A stretch of 64,000 nt of DNA from Victivallis vadensis (GTDB lineage: Bacteria; Verrucomicrobiota; Kiritimatiellia; UBA8416; CAMCYG01). This document shows, in pieces, positions 26,504-35,458 of the stretch (position 1 is the first letter of the stretch; every line of letters starts with the position of its first letter). A program made the position numbers and the translations under genes. Below the pieces are notes generated by a model. That model ran no database searches and was not told where the DNA came from. It saw only the letters and a list, made by a program, of their open reading frames with translations. The stretch is taken from the NCBI GenBank assembly GCA_945883775.1, contig CAMCYG010000004.1:1844-65843 (forward strand), read 5' to 3'.

Positions 26504-27592
26504 ATGAAAAATTATTTTCTTTATATTACGATATGTCTTTTTGCTCTGCATGCGCTGGCCGGGCTAAATATTTGCGGGAAGTGCGGATACGAGAATGGCG
26601 CCGATGCTGTCGTATGCAATCATTGCTCAGCCGCCATGTCACCAGCAAAGGGTAATACCCAAGCCAAAGAGGAAGTTCCGCGAGGTATTATCGGAATAGA
26701 CGAGAAGGTTATCAAGGGACAGCTTGTGCTCGCCGACACGGCTTTTGCGAAAGGTGATGTGTCTCTGGCTCTTCTGCGGTATAGGAATGCGGCAGCGCTT
26801 AATCAACTTGTCGAAAATGCTGACCCGGCTCTCGGGAGCAGGATTCTTGCTCAAATCAAGAAGTGCAGGGCGGTCGAAGACGTCGGCTCTCGGAAGTGTC
26901 CTGTGTGCGAGGGTGGCGGTGATTACGTGATGAGTTACAACGATCTGTCAGGCGCGGAACAAACCCGAACAGTGAAGAATAAAATGTGCGAGACCTGTTT
27001 TGGGACCGGTAAGATAAAAGTCCCGCTGACCGTTGACGAGAAAAAGTTCAAGATTGGACAGGCGAGCCGAAGGTTTGCAGAGGAGCAGCAGTCCAAGCGC
27101 TGGATCAGTGTGGGAAATGCATGGTTGCCTGCCAGCGCGGATGGCCTTCTGACTGCAAAACAGACGGCAATTGTGACGAAAGCGATGGCCGATGCCTGTA
27201 AAGAGTGCGGCGGATTCGCTAAAGTAGATTGTGGTAAATGTAAGGGACGCGGACAGGTCACTTGCCCCGGGAAATGCGATCATGGCATGGTCCGGATACA
27301 GGAAGAGTTTAGTATGACCAAATCAAAGCTCAACAGGACCGAGAAGTGCAAGACCTGTAAGGGTAAGGGTAGTGTCATTTGCGAAGAATGCCGGGGGCAG
27401 GGCAAAGTTTTATGTGATAAGTGCGAAGGAACAGGAGAGCGGGCTGACTGTGCTAAATGCAGTGGTGCCGGGGCTGTGGAGTGTTCCAAATGCAAAGGTA
27501 CAGGCAATGCCAAGGACGGCAAGTGTGCCGGTTGCCGGGGTGAGGGATTTAGCTTATGTAACGCCTGTAAAGGTGATGGGAAGAAGAAATGA
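26504..27592 (+). CDS. exported Cys-rich protein: zinc ribbon + TPR-like region + about 12 DnaJ-type CxxCxGxG units
   Basis: Signal-like N-terminus MKNYFLYITICLFALHALAG. CGKC-x10-CNHC ribbon. Units CPVCEGGG and CETCFGTG, then CKECGG/CGKCKGRG/CPGKC, then seven contiguous units CKTCKGKG...CNACKGDG. No J domain. Confidence 0.7.
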   Translation: MKNYFLYITICLFALHALAGLNICGKCGYENGADAVVCNHCSAAMSPAKGNTQAKEEVPRGIIGIDEKVIKGQLVLADTAFAKGDVSLALLRYRNAAALNQLVENADPALGSRILAQIKKCRAVEDVGSRKCPVCEGGGDYVMSYNDLSGAEQTRTVKNKMCETCFGTGKIKVPLTVDEKKFKIGQASRRFAEEQQSKRWISVGNAWLPASADGLLTAKQTAIVTKAMADACKECGGFAKVDCGKCKGRGQVTCPGKCDHGMVRIQEEFSMTKSKLNRTEKCKTCKGKGSVICEECRGQGKVLCDKCEGTGERADCAKCSGAGAVECSKCKGTGNAKDGKCAGCRGEGFSLCNACKGDGKKK

Positions 27593-30500
27593 GCGATTTC
27601 AACCTTCCAGGTTTCGAGGTGCTGGAGAAGCTGGGGCAGGGCGGGATGGCTACCGTATGGAAGGCTCGTCAAATTTCTCTGGACCGTACGGTTGCCATCA
27701 AGATACTTCTCTCGCGGATGTCTCGCGATCAGTCGGATGTTGACAGGTTCCTTGCGGAGGCAAGATCCGCCGCCAAGCTCAAACATCCCGGGATAGTCCA
27801 GGTCTATGATGCTAATGTCGATCAAAACTTGTATTACTTCGTTATGGAGCATATAGGTGGTTATACGGTTAGCGACTGGATTAAGCGCAAGGGCCATTTA
27901 TCAGAAACTGATGCATTGCTTGTTGCTCAAAGCGTCGCCGATGCACTCGGGTACGCGTGGGAGTCCCAGCGGCTTATACACTGTGATATAAAGCCAGATA
28001 ATGTAATGGTCGACTCGGATGGAACTCTCAAAGTGACCGATCTTGGTCTTTCCAGGACTATTCAAGCGGCCTATGACAATGAATTCGAGGATGAGGTCAT
28101 GGGCACGCCTGCTTATATGTCACCGGAGCAGGTTCTCGGCAAGTCCGATCTGGATTTCAAAAGCGATATCTATTCTCTCGGTGCGATGCTTTTCCATATG
28201 GCGACGGGGCGCCTGATGTTTGAGGGGCAGGACGAAGAAAAGGTCATGGAAATGCAGGTCAGCGGGGTGGAGGAAGACCCACATGATGTAAATCCGCAAT
28301 TGACAATGCCTATATGCTGGTTAATCGAGAAGATGCTAATCAAAGACCGTGCGCAGCGGTACGGCAGTTGGTCTCAAGTTCAGGACGATATACTGAGGGT
28401 CAAGCGTGGTGTGCCGCCCGCAGGGCACAAGCCCAAGGAAGGCTTGAGTTCTGTCAAGCGGTCAAAATTACGTAATCATCCTGATTCATTCAAGACGCAT
28501 AACCAGCATACGGTCAAGAATAGTCATTCCTCTCGATCGGCCGTAATTATCATGCTTGTTGTGCTGGCCTGTGCTGCAGCAGCAGGTGTCTGGTATTACA
28601 GCAATAAACAACAGGAAAAGATCCGTGAATTGGAAGCTCAGAGGATAGTGGTGCAGAGGAATGAGAGCAAGGAGGCACAGCAAGAGGCGGAGAGAAAGGC
28701 GAAGGAGGTTTCTGCCCGGGAAATGTTCGAGTTCGCGGAGAAATGGGCTGCCTCTAATCCAGGTAGGTATGATGAAGCATGTGAACGATTCAAAAGTGTG
28801 GCATCGCAGACCAAGGGAACCAAGTATTCGCTGATGGCTGATGACAAGGCGAGTGAAATCGACCGTGCAAAGAATGATGAGTGCAGCAAAATATTCGGCA
28901 GACTAGCCCTTGATGCCGCAAAACTGGAGTCTGCCGGGGACTTGATAGGTGCTGCGAAAATTTATACTGATTATAAAGGTACGCTGGCTGGTAGTACGGA
29001 GGCTAGGCGGACCGAAGCCGCTGACAAATTGATGGCGAGGCATGATAAGTTGATTTCCGAAAAGAAAGTTATGAAGGACAAAGCGGACCGCATATATCAT
29101 GGCATGGTCAAGGAGGTAGCTGCAGTGGTTCTGCAGAAGGGAGCCGGAAATGCACTGGTGCTTTTATCTTCCAATGCGAATAAGGCTGAATTTACTGACT
29201 ATATGACGCAGATCTCCGAAATGAAGCAATTGCTTCATGATGCAAGTCGCATAGATGACGATGTTCTGCAGTCATTTGCCGATCAAGCTGGTGCTGATGT
29301 GCAGATAGAGACGACAACCGGCTCAAAGAAAATGACGATAAAGGAAGTCATTGGCGGGAAAATAATTGCGGAACAGAAAAAGAAGTCAGGGGCTGCTGAA
29401 TATTCAAGTACTTGTTCATTAGCTCTTGGAGATATTGCCCTTAAAGAAAGGTTGATCAGGATGGGCGACGAAGCAAAACCGCATGTCGCGCTGGCGAAAG
29501 GTTTACTTCTGTTTAGCAATAAGCAGACGGAGGAGGCAAAGAAATGCTTTGCTGCAACCGGGGTGCTCCTGTCCAAGCCTATTTTGGATAATATCAGTGA
29601 AAGCAGTGTCAATGCGAGCGGCCGGCAGAAAAACGGAACAAATACCAGAGATGTTTCCGGTCCGGAAGTTAAAAGAAGGCAGGTTTTTGAGCATGTCGTG
29701 CATGCTGACTATCAAGGTATGCTGGATGACCAGGATCAGATACTAGAGGCGCTGTATCGTTTGAATCCGGATTTTCCGAGTGGTCAGATTCGAATGAGTG
29801 CTTCAAATGGTGATGGAAAGGCTTCTAAAGTGCTGTTTTATGGTGCAGGAGGGGCGCTTCTTCGCGATATCGCCCCCTTAAGTGCTCTAACCTCTCTCAA
29901 GGTTCTGATTTATTCTGCTGAGCCAGGGGCAAAGTCCAGATTGAGCGATATATCCTGCCTTAAGGGATTGGATATGAAAGTTATATCCCTGCCAAATACG
30001 CGGATAAGCGATATCACTGCGCTGAACGGTATGACGCTGGACGAGTTGAATCTGTCAGGAACTGATGTGTCTGATTTGTCGGTGCTTAAGACGATGGACG
30101 TAAAAAGTCTTAGTCTGAATAATATAAGAGCGAGCGACTTCTCCTTCATTCAGGGGCTTGGTAATCTTACCGAATTGAGCCTCGCAAATTGCCTTTCCAA
30201 GGATTTGCGATTTCTTAAAGGGCTCAAACTGGATTCGTTGGATTTGTCGGGTGTCAAAGTAATGGATTACTTTTCGATGTCCGGCCTTGATCTTAAAAAA
30301 CTTGTGCTCACTAAGTCTGGCGTAAAGAGCTTGGACTTTTTAAGGGCAATGGCTAGGCTTGAGTCCCTGGATTTGGGAGAAACGCAAGTTGCGAGTGTGT
30401 CATATTTAAAAGGGGTTCCGCTGAAGGAGCTTAACCTGAACAATACTTCGATTAAAGATTTCTCCATTCTGAAAGATATGCCGCTGACCGTCCTTAATTT

Positions 30501-30945
30501 ATCAGGGACTGCATTCGGCTCGATCGACCTGGTCAAAGGAAAAAAGCTTGAGTCGCTGGATATCTCCAAGACCAAGGTAATAGATATCAGCGGGCTATCA
30601 GGTATGCCTCTGGCGTATCTCAACGTCGAGAATACATATGTCAGCAATGTCAGGGCACTGAAGGATGCGCCACTCAAAATATTTATGTGCAGGGGGGCTC
30701 GGATTAATGATTACAGCCCGTTGCGGGATTCTAGCATTGAGAGCCTTTGGATTGATGAGCCCTTCAAGCAAAGGGAATTATTGAGGAGTTTGAGTAGCCT
30801 GAAGGAGCTTAACGGACGGGTTCCTTTGGAATTGTTAAATGAATCAATCATGGAGGATAATCGAGCGATTGGGCCCCAGATTGGAACGCCTTTTGAAAGA
30901 GTTAGAGAAGGCGGACGTCGGCCTAGACATGCTCCCGTAAAATGA
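27589..30945 (+). CDS. receptor-type Ser/Thr kinase: N-terminal Hanks kinase, one TM, coiled-coil, C-terminal LRR ectodomain
   Basis: LGQGGMATVWKA...AIK, HCDIKPDNVMV, DLGLS and GTPAYMSPEQ. TM at about aa 317-337. About a dozen or more ~22-aa LRRs (LxxLxLxxTxVSDLSxL type) in the last ~300 aa. ATGA overlap with the upstream gene. Confidence 0.88.
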   Translation: MSDFNLPGFEVLEKLGQGGMATVWKARQISLDRTVAIKILLSRMSRDQSDVDRFLAEARSAAKLKHPGIVQVYDANVDQNLYYFVMEHIGGYTVSDWIKRKGHLSETDALLVAQSVADALGYAWESQRLIHCDIKPDNVMVDSDGTLKVTDLGLSRTIQAAYDNEFEDEVMGTPAYMSPEQVLGKSDLDFKSDIYSLGAMLFHMATGRLMFEGQDEEKVMEMQVSGVEEDPHDVNPQLTMPICWLIEKMLIKDRAQRYGSWSQVQDDILRVKRGVPPAGHKPKEGLSSVKRSKLRNHPDSFKTHNQHTVKNSHSSRSAVIIMLVVLACAAAAGVWYYSNKQQEKIRELEAQRIVVQRNESKEAQQEAERKAKEVSAREMFEFAEKWAASNPGRYDEACERFKSVASQTKGTKYSLMADDKASEIDRAKNDECSKIFGRLALDAAKLESAGDLIGAAKIYTDYKGTLAGSTEARRTEAADKLMARHDKLISEKKVMKDKADRIYHGMVKEVAAVVLQKGAGNALVLLSSNANKAEFTDYMTQISEMKQLLHDASRIDDDVLQSFADQAGADVQIETTTGSKKMTIKEVIGGKIIAEQKKKSGAAEYSSTCSLALGDIALKERLIRMGDEAKPHVALAKGLLLFSNKQTEEAKKCFAATGVLLSKPILDNISESSVNASGRQKNGTNTRDVSGPEVKRRQVFEHVVHADYQGMLDDQDQILEALYRLNPDFPSGQIRMSASNGDGKASKVLFYGAGGALLRDIAPLSALTSLKVLIYSAEPGAKSRLSDISCLKGLDMKVISLPNTRISDITALNGMTLDELNLSGTDVSDLSVLKTMDVKSLSLNNIRASDFSFIQGLGNLTELSLANCLSKDLRFLKGLKLDSLDLSGVKVMDYFSMSGLDLKKLVLTKSGVKSLDFLRAMARLESLDLGETQVASVSYLKGVPLKELNLNNTSIKDFSILKDMPLTVLNLSGTAFGSIDLVKGKKLESLDISKTKVIDISGLSGMPLAYLNVENTYVSNVRALKDAPLKIFMCRGARINDYSPLRDSSIESLWIDEPFKQRELLRSLSSLKELNGRVPLELLNESIMEDNRAIGPQIGTPFERVREGGRRPRHAPVK

Positions 30946-32663
30946 TTTCCATGGAAGACGACAAATGGCAAGTCTTGTTTCTGCAGTTGCCGAATATCGA
31001 TAAGCAGACCGTTTGGCATTCGGAGAACCCTAAATTAGCAGCGGTCTATCTGTCAAACTCCGTTCGCAATTCTAATGAATCAGGGAATTGGTCGCTGATT
31101 GTTCCCCCAACGGATTTGGACCTGTGCGGTGACGCTGCTTTGATAAAATTCATCATCGCACAGAAGCCGGATGTCATCTGTATGACACTGTATCTGTGGA
31201 ATGTGGAGCGGTCGGTCGCGATTATAAGGCGGATAAGAAATATTCTGCCGCGAGTTCATGTTATGGCTGGAGGTCCGGAAGTCGCCTTCGATCATCCTTT
31301 TCTTTTTGCCGGTACTGATATTGACATGGCGCTGGAAGGAGATGGTGAATCATTGTTTCCGCATATGCTTGAGTGCGTAAGAACGGGGAAGCCGCCGGAC
31401 TATGAGTCCGTGATATTTCTTGATAAAGGCAATTATACTGTCGGGAGCAAAAAAGCGGAAATTCAGTCGCTCGCCTCAATCCTTCCTTCTCCGGATGATC
31501 ATCTGCTTGCGCCGGACAATAAGGGTGTTGCCTACCTGGAGACTGGCCGGGCTTGTCCTTACAAGTGTACTTTCTGCAGATACAGCAGGATGCGCAAGAA
31601 GGTGTCTTTTATCTCCGCGGAAGATGCAGTTCGTCGGGTTGCTGTGATGATTGAGCGCGGTGCTAAGGAAATAAGGTTCATAGATCCTTCAATGAATATG
31701 AATCCCGATTTTGATAAGATATTAGCAGGGCTTATCAGGGTAAACAAGAGGGGCAGGGTTGGTTTCTTTGGTGAGATGCTTGCCGAATATGTGACAGCGG
31801 ATCAGGCTGTGCTCATGAAGACGGCCGGGTTCACTTGTATTGAAGTCGGGGTGCAGAGCACTGATCCTGATGTCTTGAGGGCTGTGAGACGGCCGGCGGA
31901 CGGTGCCAGGGTCTACGAAGGGATCATGAATATGTCTAAGGCCGGCCTCAAACAGACTATCGATCTTATGTGCGGCCTTCCGCTTCAGGGCCTTTGTGGA
32001 GTTAAGAGTGCCCTCAAGACTTATGCGGCGATACCAGGGGCAGAGGTGCAATTTCTTCATGCGCTGCTTTTGCCTGGTACGGAGATAAGGAGGCAGGCCG
32101 GTGAGTATGGTATGGCCGCTATGCCAGTTCCGCCTTATAAGGTTGTGAGCACTGTTACCATGAGCCAAAAGGACATGATGCAGGCTGATATCGAATATCA
32201 ATCGGCTACCGGTCTTTATCCTGATGCGGAAGAGTCATTACTTGTGACAAGGAGCCTGCGCCGGTTTTATAATGATAGGCAGTGCATCGATCTTGATTCT
32301 ACCCATCCGTGCGAACTCCTGACTGACCGTTCGATATACAGGGCGTTGATCTTTAAGTCGGCAGACTTCTGGGCTGGACGTGAGAAGTTGTTCGCAATCA
32401 TTGAATCAGCTTGCAGGCAAGAGCCGCATTCAATGTGGCAATTCATACTGTCGACTGATAAAGAGTTTCCTTTGGATCTGATTGATGTCGTAGTTGCCTC
32501 AATAAAGAAACTCGATGATGTAGTTGCCGACCGGATGGCTGCTGCAGGTGACTCTGATAGAACCGTATCGAGAAGAATATTTCTTCTGCTAGAAAAGAAA
32601 TCCTCTATACCCAAGCAGTGGGTCGATGAAGCGGAGCATCTGCTTATGTCAGCGTTTCGTTGA
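30942..32663 (+). CDS. B12-binding-domain radical SAM protein with uncharacterised C-terminal extension
   Basis: Rossmann-like N-domain (PDVICMTLYLWNVERSVAIIRRIRNILPRVHVMAGGPEVAF). Radical SAM cluster motif CPYKCTFC. About 170 aa of C-terminal sequence with no motif recognised. ATGA overlap with the kinase stop. Confidence 0.8.
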   Translation: MISMEDDKWQVLFLQLPNIDKQTVWHSENPKLAAVYLSNSVRNSNESGNWSLIVPPTDLDLCGDAALIKFIIAQKPDVICMTLYLWNVERSVAIIRRIRNILPRVHVMAGGPEVAFDHPFLFAGTDIDMALEGDGESLFPHMLECVRTGKPPDYESVIFLDKGNYTVGSKKAEIQSLASILPSPDDHLLAPDNKGVAYLETGRACPYKCTFCRYSRMRKKVSFISAEDAVRRVAVMIERGAKEIRFIDPSMNMNPDFDKILAGLIRVNKRGRVGFFGEMLAEYVTADQAVLMKTAGFTCIEVGVQSTDPDVLRAVRRPADGARVYEGIMNMSKAGLKQTIDLMCGLPLQGLCGVKSALKTYAAIPGAEVQFLHALLLPGTEIRRQAGEYGMAAMPVPPYKVVSTVTMSQKDMMQADIEYQSATGLYPDAEESLLVTRSLRRFYNDRQCIDLDSTHPCELLTDRSIYRALIFKSADFWAGREKLFAIIESACRQEPHSMWQFILSTDKEFPLDLIDVVVASIKKLDDVVADRMAAAGDSDRTVSRRIFLLLEKKSSIPKQWVDEAEHLLMSAFR

Positions 32664-32698
32664 CACCGCACTTCGTCTCATTCTTACGCAGTCAGGGC

Positions 32699-33703
32699 TC
32701 AAATCCTGCCATCACGGGAAGCGCTGATGAATTCCATGCCGTATTCGTCATTTCCGAGGAGCAGATCCTTGGCCAGCTTGAAGCTTTCGCTGTTTGCATC
32801 CAGATTCTGCAGCATTTTCTCGTTGATCTGTATCGGGTCAACTATACCGCTGTCGGCTCCGTTCTCTACGGCTAGGTAGGTAAACACCTGATTAATCAAC
32901 TTTCTTGCAGGCATGCCGAAGGATACATTGCTGAAGCCACCTGAGATGTGTATTGCCGGACCATAGGTTTTTCTTATCGATGCAACAGCTTCCAGGAAAG
33001 CTTTTCCGTTGTTGCCGTCAGTTGATATAGGGAATACGAGCGGGTCAATATAGATGGAGTCATCAGCAAACCCAGCAGTTTTTAGCATTTTCATCAGTTC
33101 TGCGAGGTTTGAAAGCTTCTCTTCGGTAGAGGAGGGCAGTCCTTTTTCTCCAGCGGCAGATGCAATGACGACGGCCTTGTATTTTGCCGCGACATCGATA
33201 GCCTTGACTCGCTCCAGTGAAACAGAGTTAACCATCGGATTGCCGCGATTTTTGTCTGCGGCCTCCAATCCTGCATTCAGGATAGCTTCGTTGGACGAAT
33301 CGACGCTGATAGGGATCTTGACTGCCTTCTGGACAACGTTCACAGTCCACTGCATGAGCCTGACGCGCTCGGCGACATCCGTGCTGAATTCGTCGACGTT
33401 GATGTCAAGGTACGATGCTCCGGCCTTTTCCTGTTCAATAGCCTTGCATGTTATATAGTGTGCGCCGGAATCTTTATCGCCATAGACGCCCTGCCATATT
33501 GCAACTGCGCAGTGCTTCACTTTCTCAGCCTGCCAATCAGCAGACTTCAGAAACTTCTCGGGGACCACAAGAGCGCAGCTTTTTTCGCCATCTTTGTAGG
33601 TGATAGCATGCTTGCCGGGTGATACTTCTTTAACGTTTGCGCCCCCTACTTTAAGTATCCTAGTGCAGTGAATGTTTTCTCCGATTGGTATGAATTTTGC
33701 CAT
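32699..33703 (-). CDS. pterin-binding methyltransferase (methyl-THF:corrinoid methyltransferase, MeTr/MetH pterin module-like)
   Basis: IGENIH, YLDINVDE, PISVDSSN, MVNSVSLE, YIDPLVFPIS and GGFSNVSFGMP parallel the MeTr/AcsE and MetH pterin-domain pattern. Confidence 0.82.
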   Translation of the reverse strand: MAKFIPIGENIHCTRILKVGGANVKEVSPGKHAITYKDGEKSCALVVPEKFLKSADWQAEKVKHCAVAIWQGVYGDKDSGAHYITCKAIEQEKAGASYLDINVDEFSTDVAERVRLMQWTVNVVQKAVKIPISVDSSNEAILNAGLEAADKNRGNPMVNSVSLERVKAIDVAAKYKAVVIASAAGEKGLPSSTEEKLSNLAELMKMLKTAGFADDSIYIDPLVFPISTDGNNGKAFLEAVASIRKTYGPAIHISGGFSNVSFGMPARKLINQVFTYLAVENGADSGIVDPIQINEKMLQNLDANSESFKLAKDLLLGNDEYGMEFISASRDGRI

Positions 33704-34590
33704 TATCGTACTCCGTTTATTAGTTTTTTGATTGCTGTTATATGTTCCGGCGTCGTGCCGCAGCAGCCGCCGATGATATTGGCGCCTGCCTGTATGACTA
33801 GTTTAGCGTTCTCTGCCATTTCCACCGGCTGTTCCGGAAAGACATCCTTGCCGTTGACGTTTACCGGCATGCCGGCATTGGCATGGACCAGAATGGGTAT
33901 GTTTGTGTCAGCTGTTCTTATTTCGCGGACGATATCGGCCATGTTCTTCATGCCGTTACCGCAGTTTGTGCCTACAATGTCAGCCCCGGCAAGTTTCATT
34001 GCACTTGTCATGTCCGTCGGAGACACGCCCATCATGGTCCTGTACTCGCCCTGCATTGTCTTTTCAAACGTAAATGTGACAATGATTTCCAGCTTGGTGT
34101 TTTCTTTTGCGGCCTTGACTGCGCACCTCGCCTCATCAATGTCTGAGAATGTTTCTATACAGACGGCATCAGCGCCACCTTTCTCAAGAGCCATTATCTG
34201 GTCTCGGAACGCGCTATAAAGCTCTTCTTCTGTAACGTCTCCCATGAGGAGCATCTTGCCGGTTGGTCCCACAGAAGCTATGACATGCTTATCTTTACCT
34301 GCGGCTTCTCTGGATATTTGTGCAGCGGCAAGATTGAATTCTGAAACTCTTTCTGTAAAGCCGAAATGTTCCAGTTTGAATCTTGTCCCGCCGAAGCTGT
34401 TGGACTCTATCATGTCTGCGCCAGCGGCCACATAGCTTTTGGCGATGGCAAGCACGATGTCTCTATGATCAATGCACCAGAGTTCTGGGCATTCACCTGG
34501 TTGCATGCCACTTTTTTGAAGAAAAGTGCCCCATGCACCGTCAGAAACCAGTACACGGCCGCTTTTAAGCTCGTCTTTGATTCTTTGCAT
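33703..34590 (-). CDS. homocysteine S-methyltransferase domain protein (MetH Hcy-binding module-like)
   Basis: VLVSDGAWGT, IESNSFGG, VGTNCGNG and IIGGCCGTTPEHI (zinc-ligand Cys residues). TAATG overlap with the downstream pterin-module gene. Confidence 0.88.
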   Translation of the reverse strand: MQRIKDELKSGRVLVSDGAWGTFLQKSGMQPGECPELWCIDHRDIVLAIAKSYVAAGADMIESNSFGGTRFKLEHFGFTERVSEFNLAAAQISREAAGKDKHVIASVGPTGKMLLMGDVTEEELYSAFRDQIMALEKGGADAVCIETFSDIDEARCAVKAAKENTKLEIIVTFTFEKTMQGEYRTMMGVSPTDMTSAMKLAGADIVGTNCGNGMKNMADIVREIRTADTNIPILVHANAGMPVNVNGKDVFPEQPVEMAENAKLVIQAGANIIGGCCGTTPEHITAIKKLINGVR

Positions 34591-34662
34591 GCCGTAACAG
34601 AACCATATCAGCTAATGGCAGTCAAGCCTGTCTTACTCTTATGAAGCCGACGGTTTTCTGTG

Positions 34663-35298
34663 TCAGACGCCGCAAAGTTTCTTTGCAAGATCAGCAGCCG
34701 ACGCGGCATCAGGGGCATAGCCGTCAGCACCTATCTCGTCAGAGTAGGCCTGAGTAACCGGGGCGCCACCGACCATTATCTTTGTCTTGGATGCGATTGC
34801 CGAAGCCTTAAGTGCGGTCACAACCGCCTTCATGTTTGTCATGGTGGTGGTGAGCAGGGCGGATACTCCAATGATGTCAGCATTGTGCTGTGCAGCTGCT
34901 TCCACGAATTTCTGAGGTTCAACATCTATGCCGATGTCGACGACCTTGAATCCTGCACCTTCAAGCATCATACATACTAGATTTTTTCCGATATCGTGCA
35001 AGTCGCCCTTTACTGTACCTATGATGGCAATCGCCTTGGCCTGAACTCCTGCTGCTACCAGTTTGGGTTGGAGAATTGCCATTCCTGCCTTCATCGCGCG
35101 TGCCGCAATAAGAACTTCCGGGACATAGACTTCGTTTTTCTTAAACTTCGCACCTATGACACTCATTCCGGAAAGCAGTCCTTCGTTGAGGATCGTGGAA
35201 GGGGCTATGCCTTCAGCAAGCGCCTTTTCAACATGCAGTTTTACATCGTTAGCTTTTCCCTTCATCAGACTTTCGGCCATAAGTTGAAGCGTGCTCAT
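34663..35298 (-). CDS. corrinoid (cobalamin)-binding protein, cap + B12-binding domains
   Basis: DLHDIGKNLV (DxHxxG), SALLTTTM (SxL) and MVGGAPV. 211 aa. Confidence 0.88.
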   Translation of the reverse strand: MSTLQLMAESLMKGKANDVKLHVEKALAEGIAPSTILNEGLLSGMSVIGAKFKKNEVYVPEVLIAARAMKAGMAILQPKLVAAGVQAKAIAIIGTVKGDLHDIGKNLVCMMLEGAGFKVVDIGIDVEPQKFVEAAAQHNADIIGVSALLTTTMTNMKAVVTALKASAIASKTKIMVGGAPVTQAYSDEIGADGYAPDAASAADLAKKLCGV

Positions 35299-35458
35299 CT
35301 ATGTACTCCTTTTGTTAGTTAATAAATAACGGGTAAAGATTAACTTATGGTGTCAGTAAAGTATAGATACATTATTGCTTATAATATAACGATTTTGCTG
35401 TTTAATGCTTGAAAGTTACGAAAACAACCCTAGAATGGCGCATATTTAAGGATATGGT

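Noticed and set aside
35299-35458. Possible cobalamin riboswitch in the 5' region of the corrinoid-protein operon
   Set aside because: The spacer is AT-rich and only 160 nt. No B12-box-like (GCCACTG-type) element was seen on either strand.
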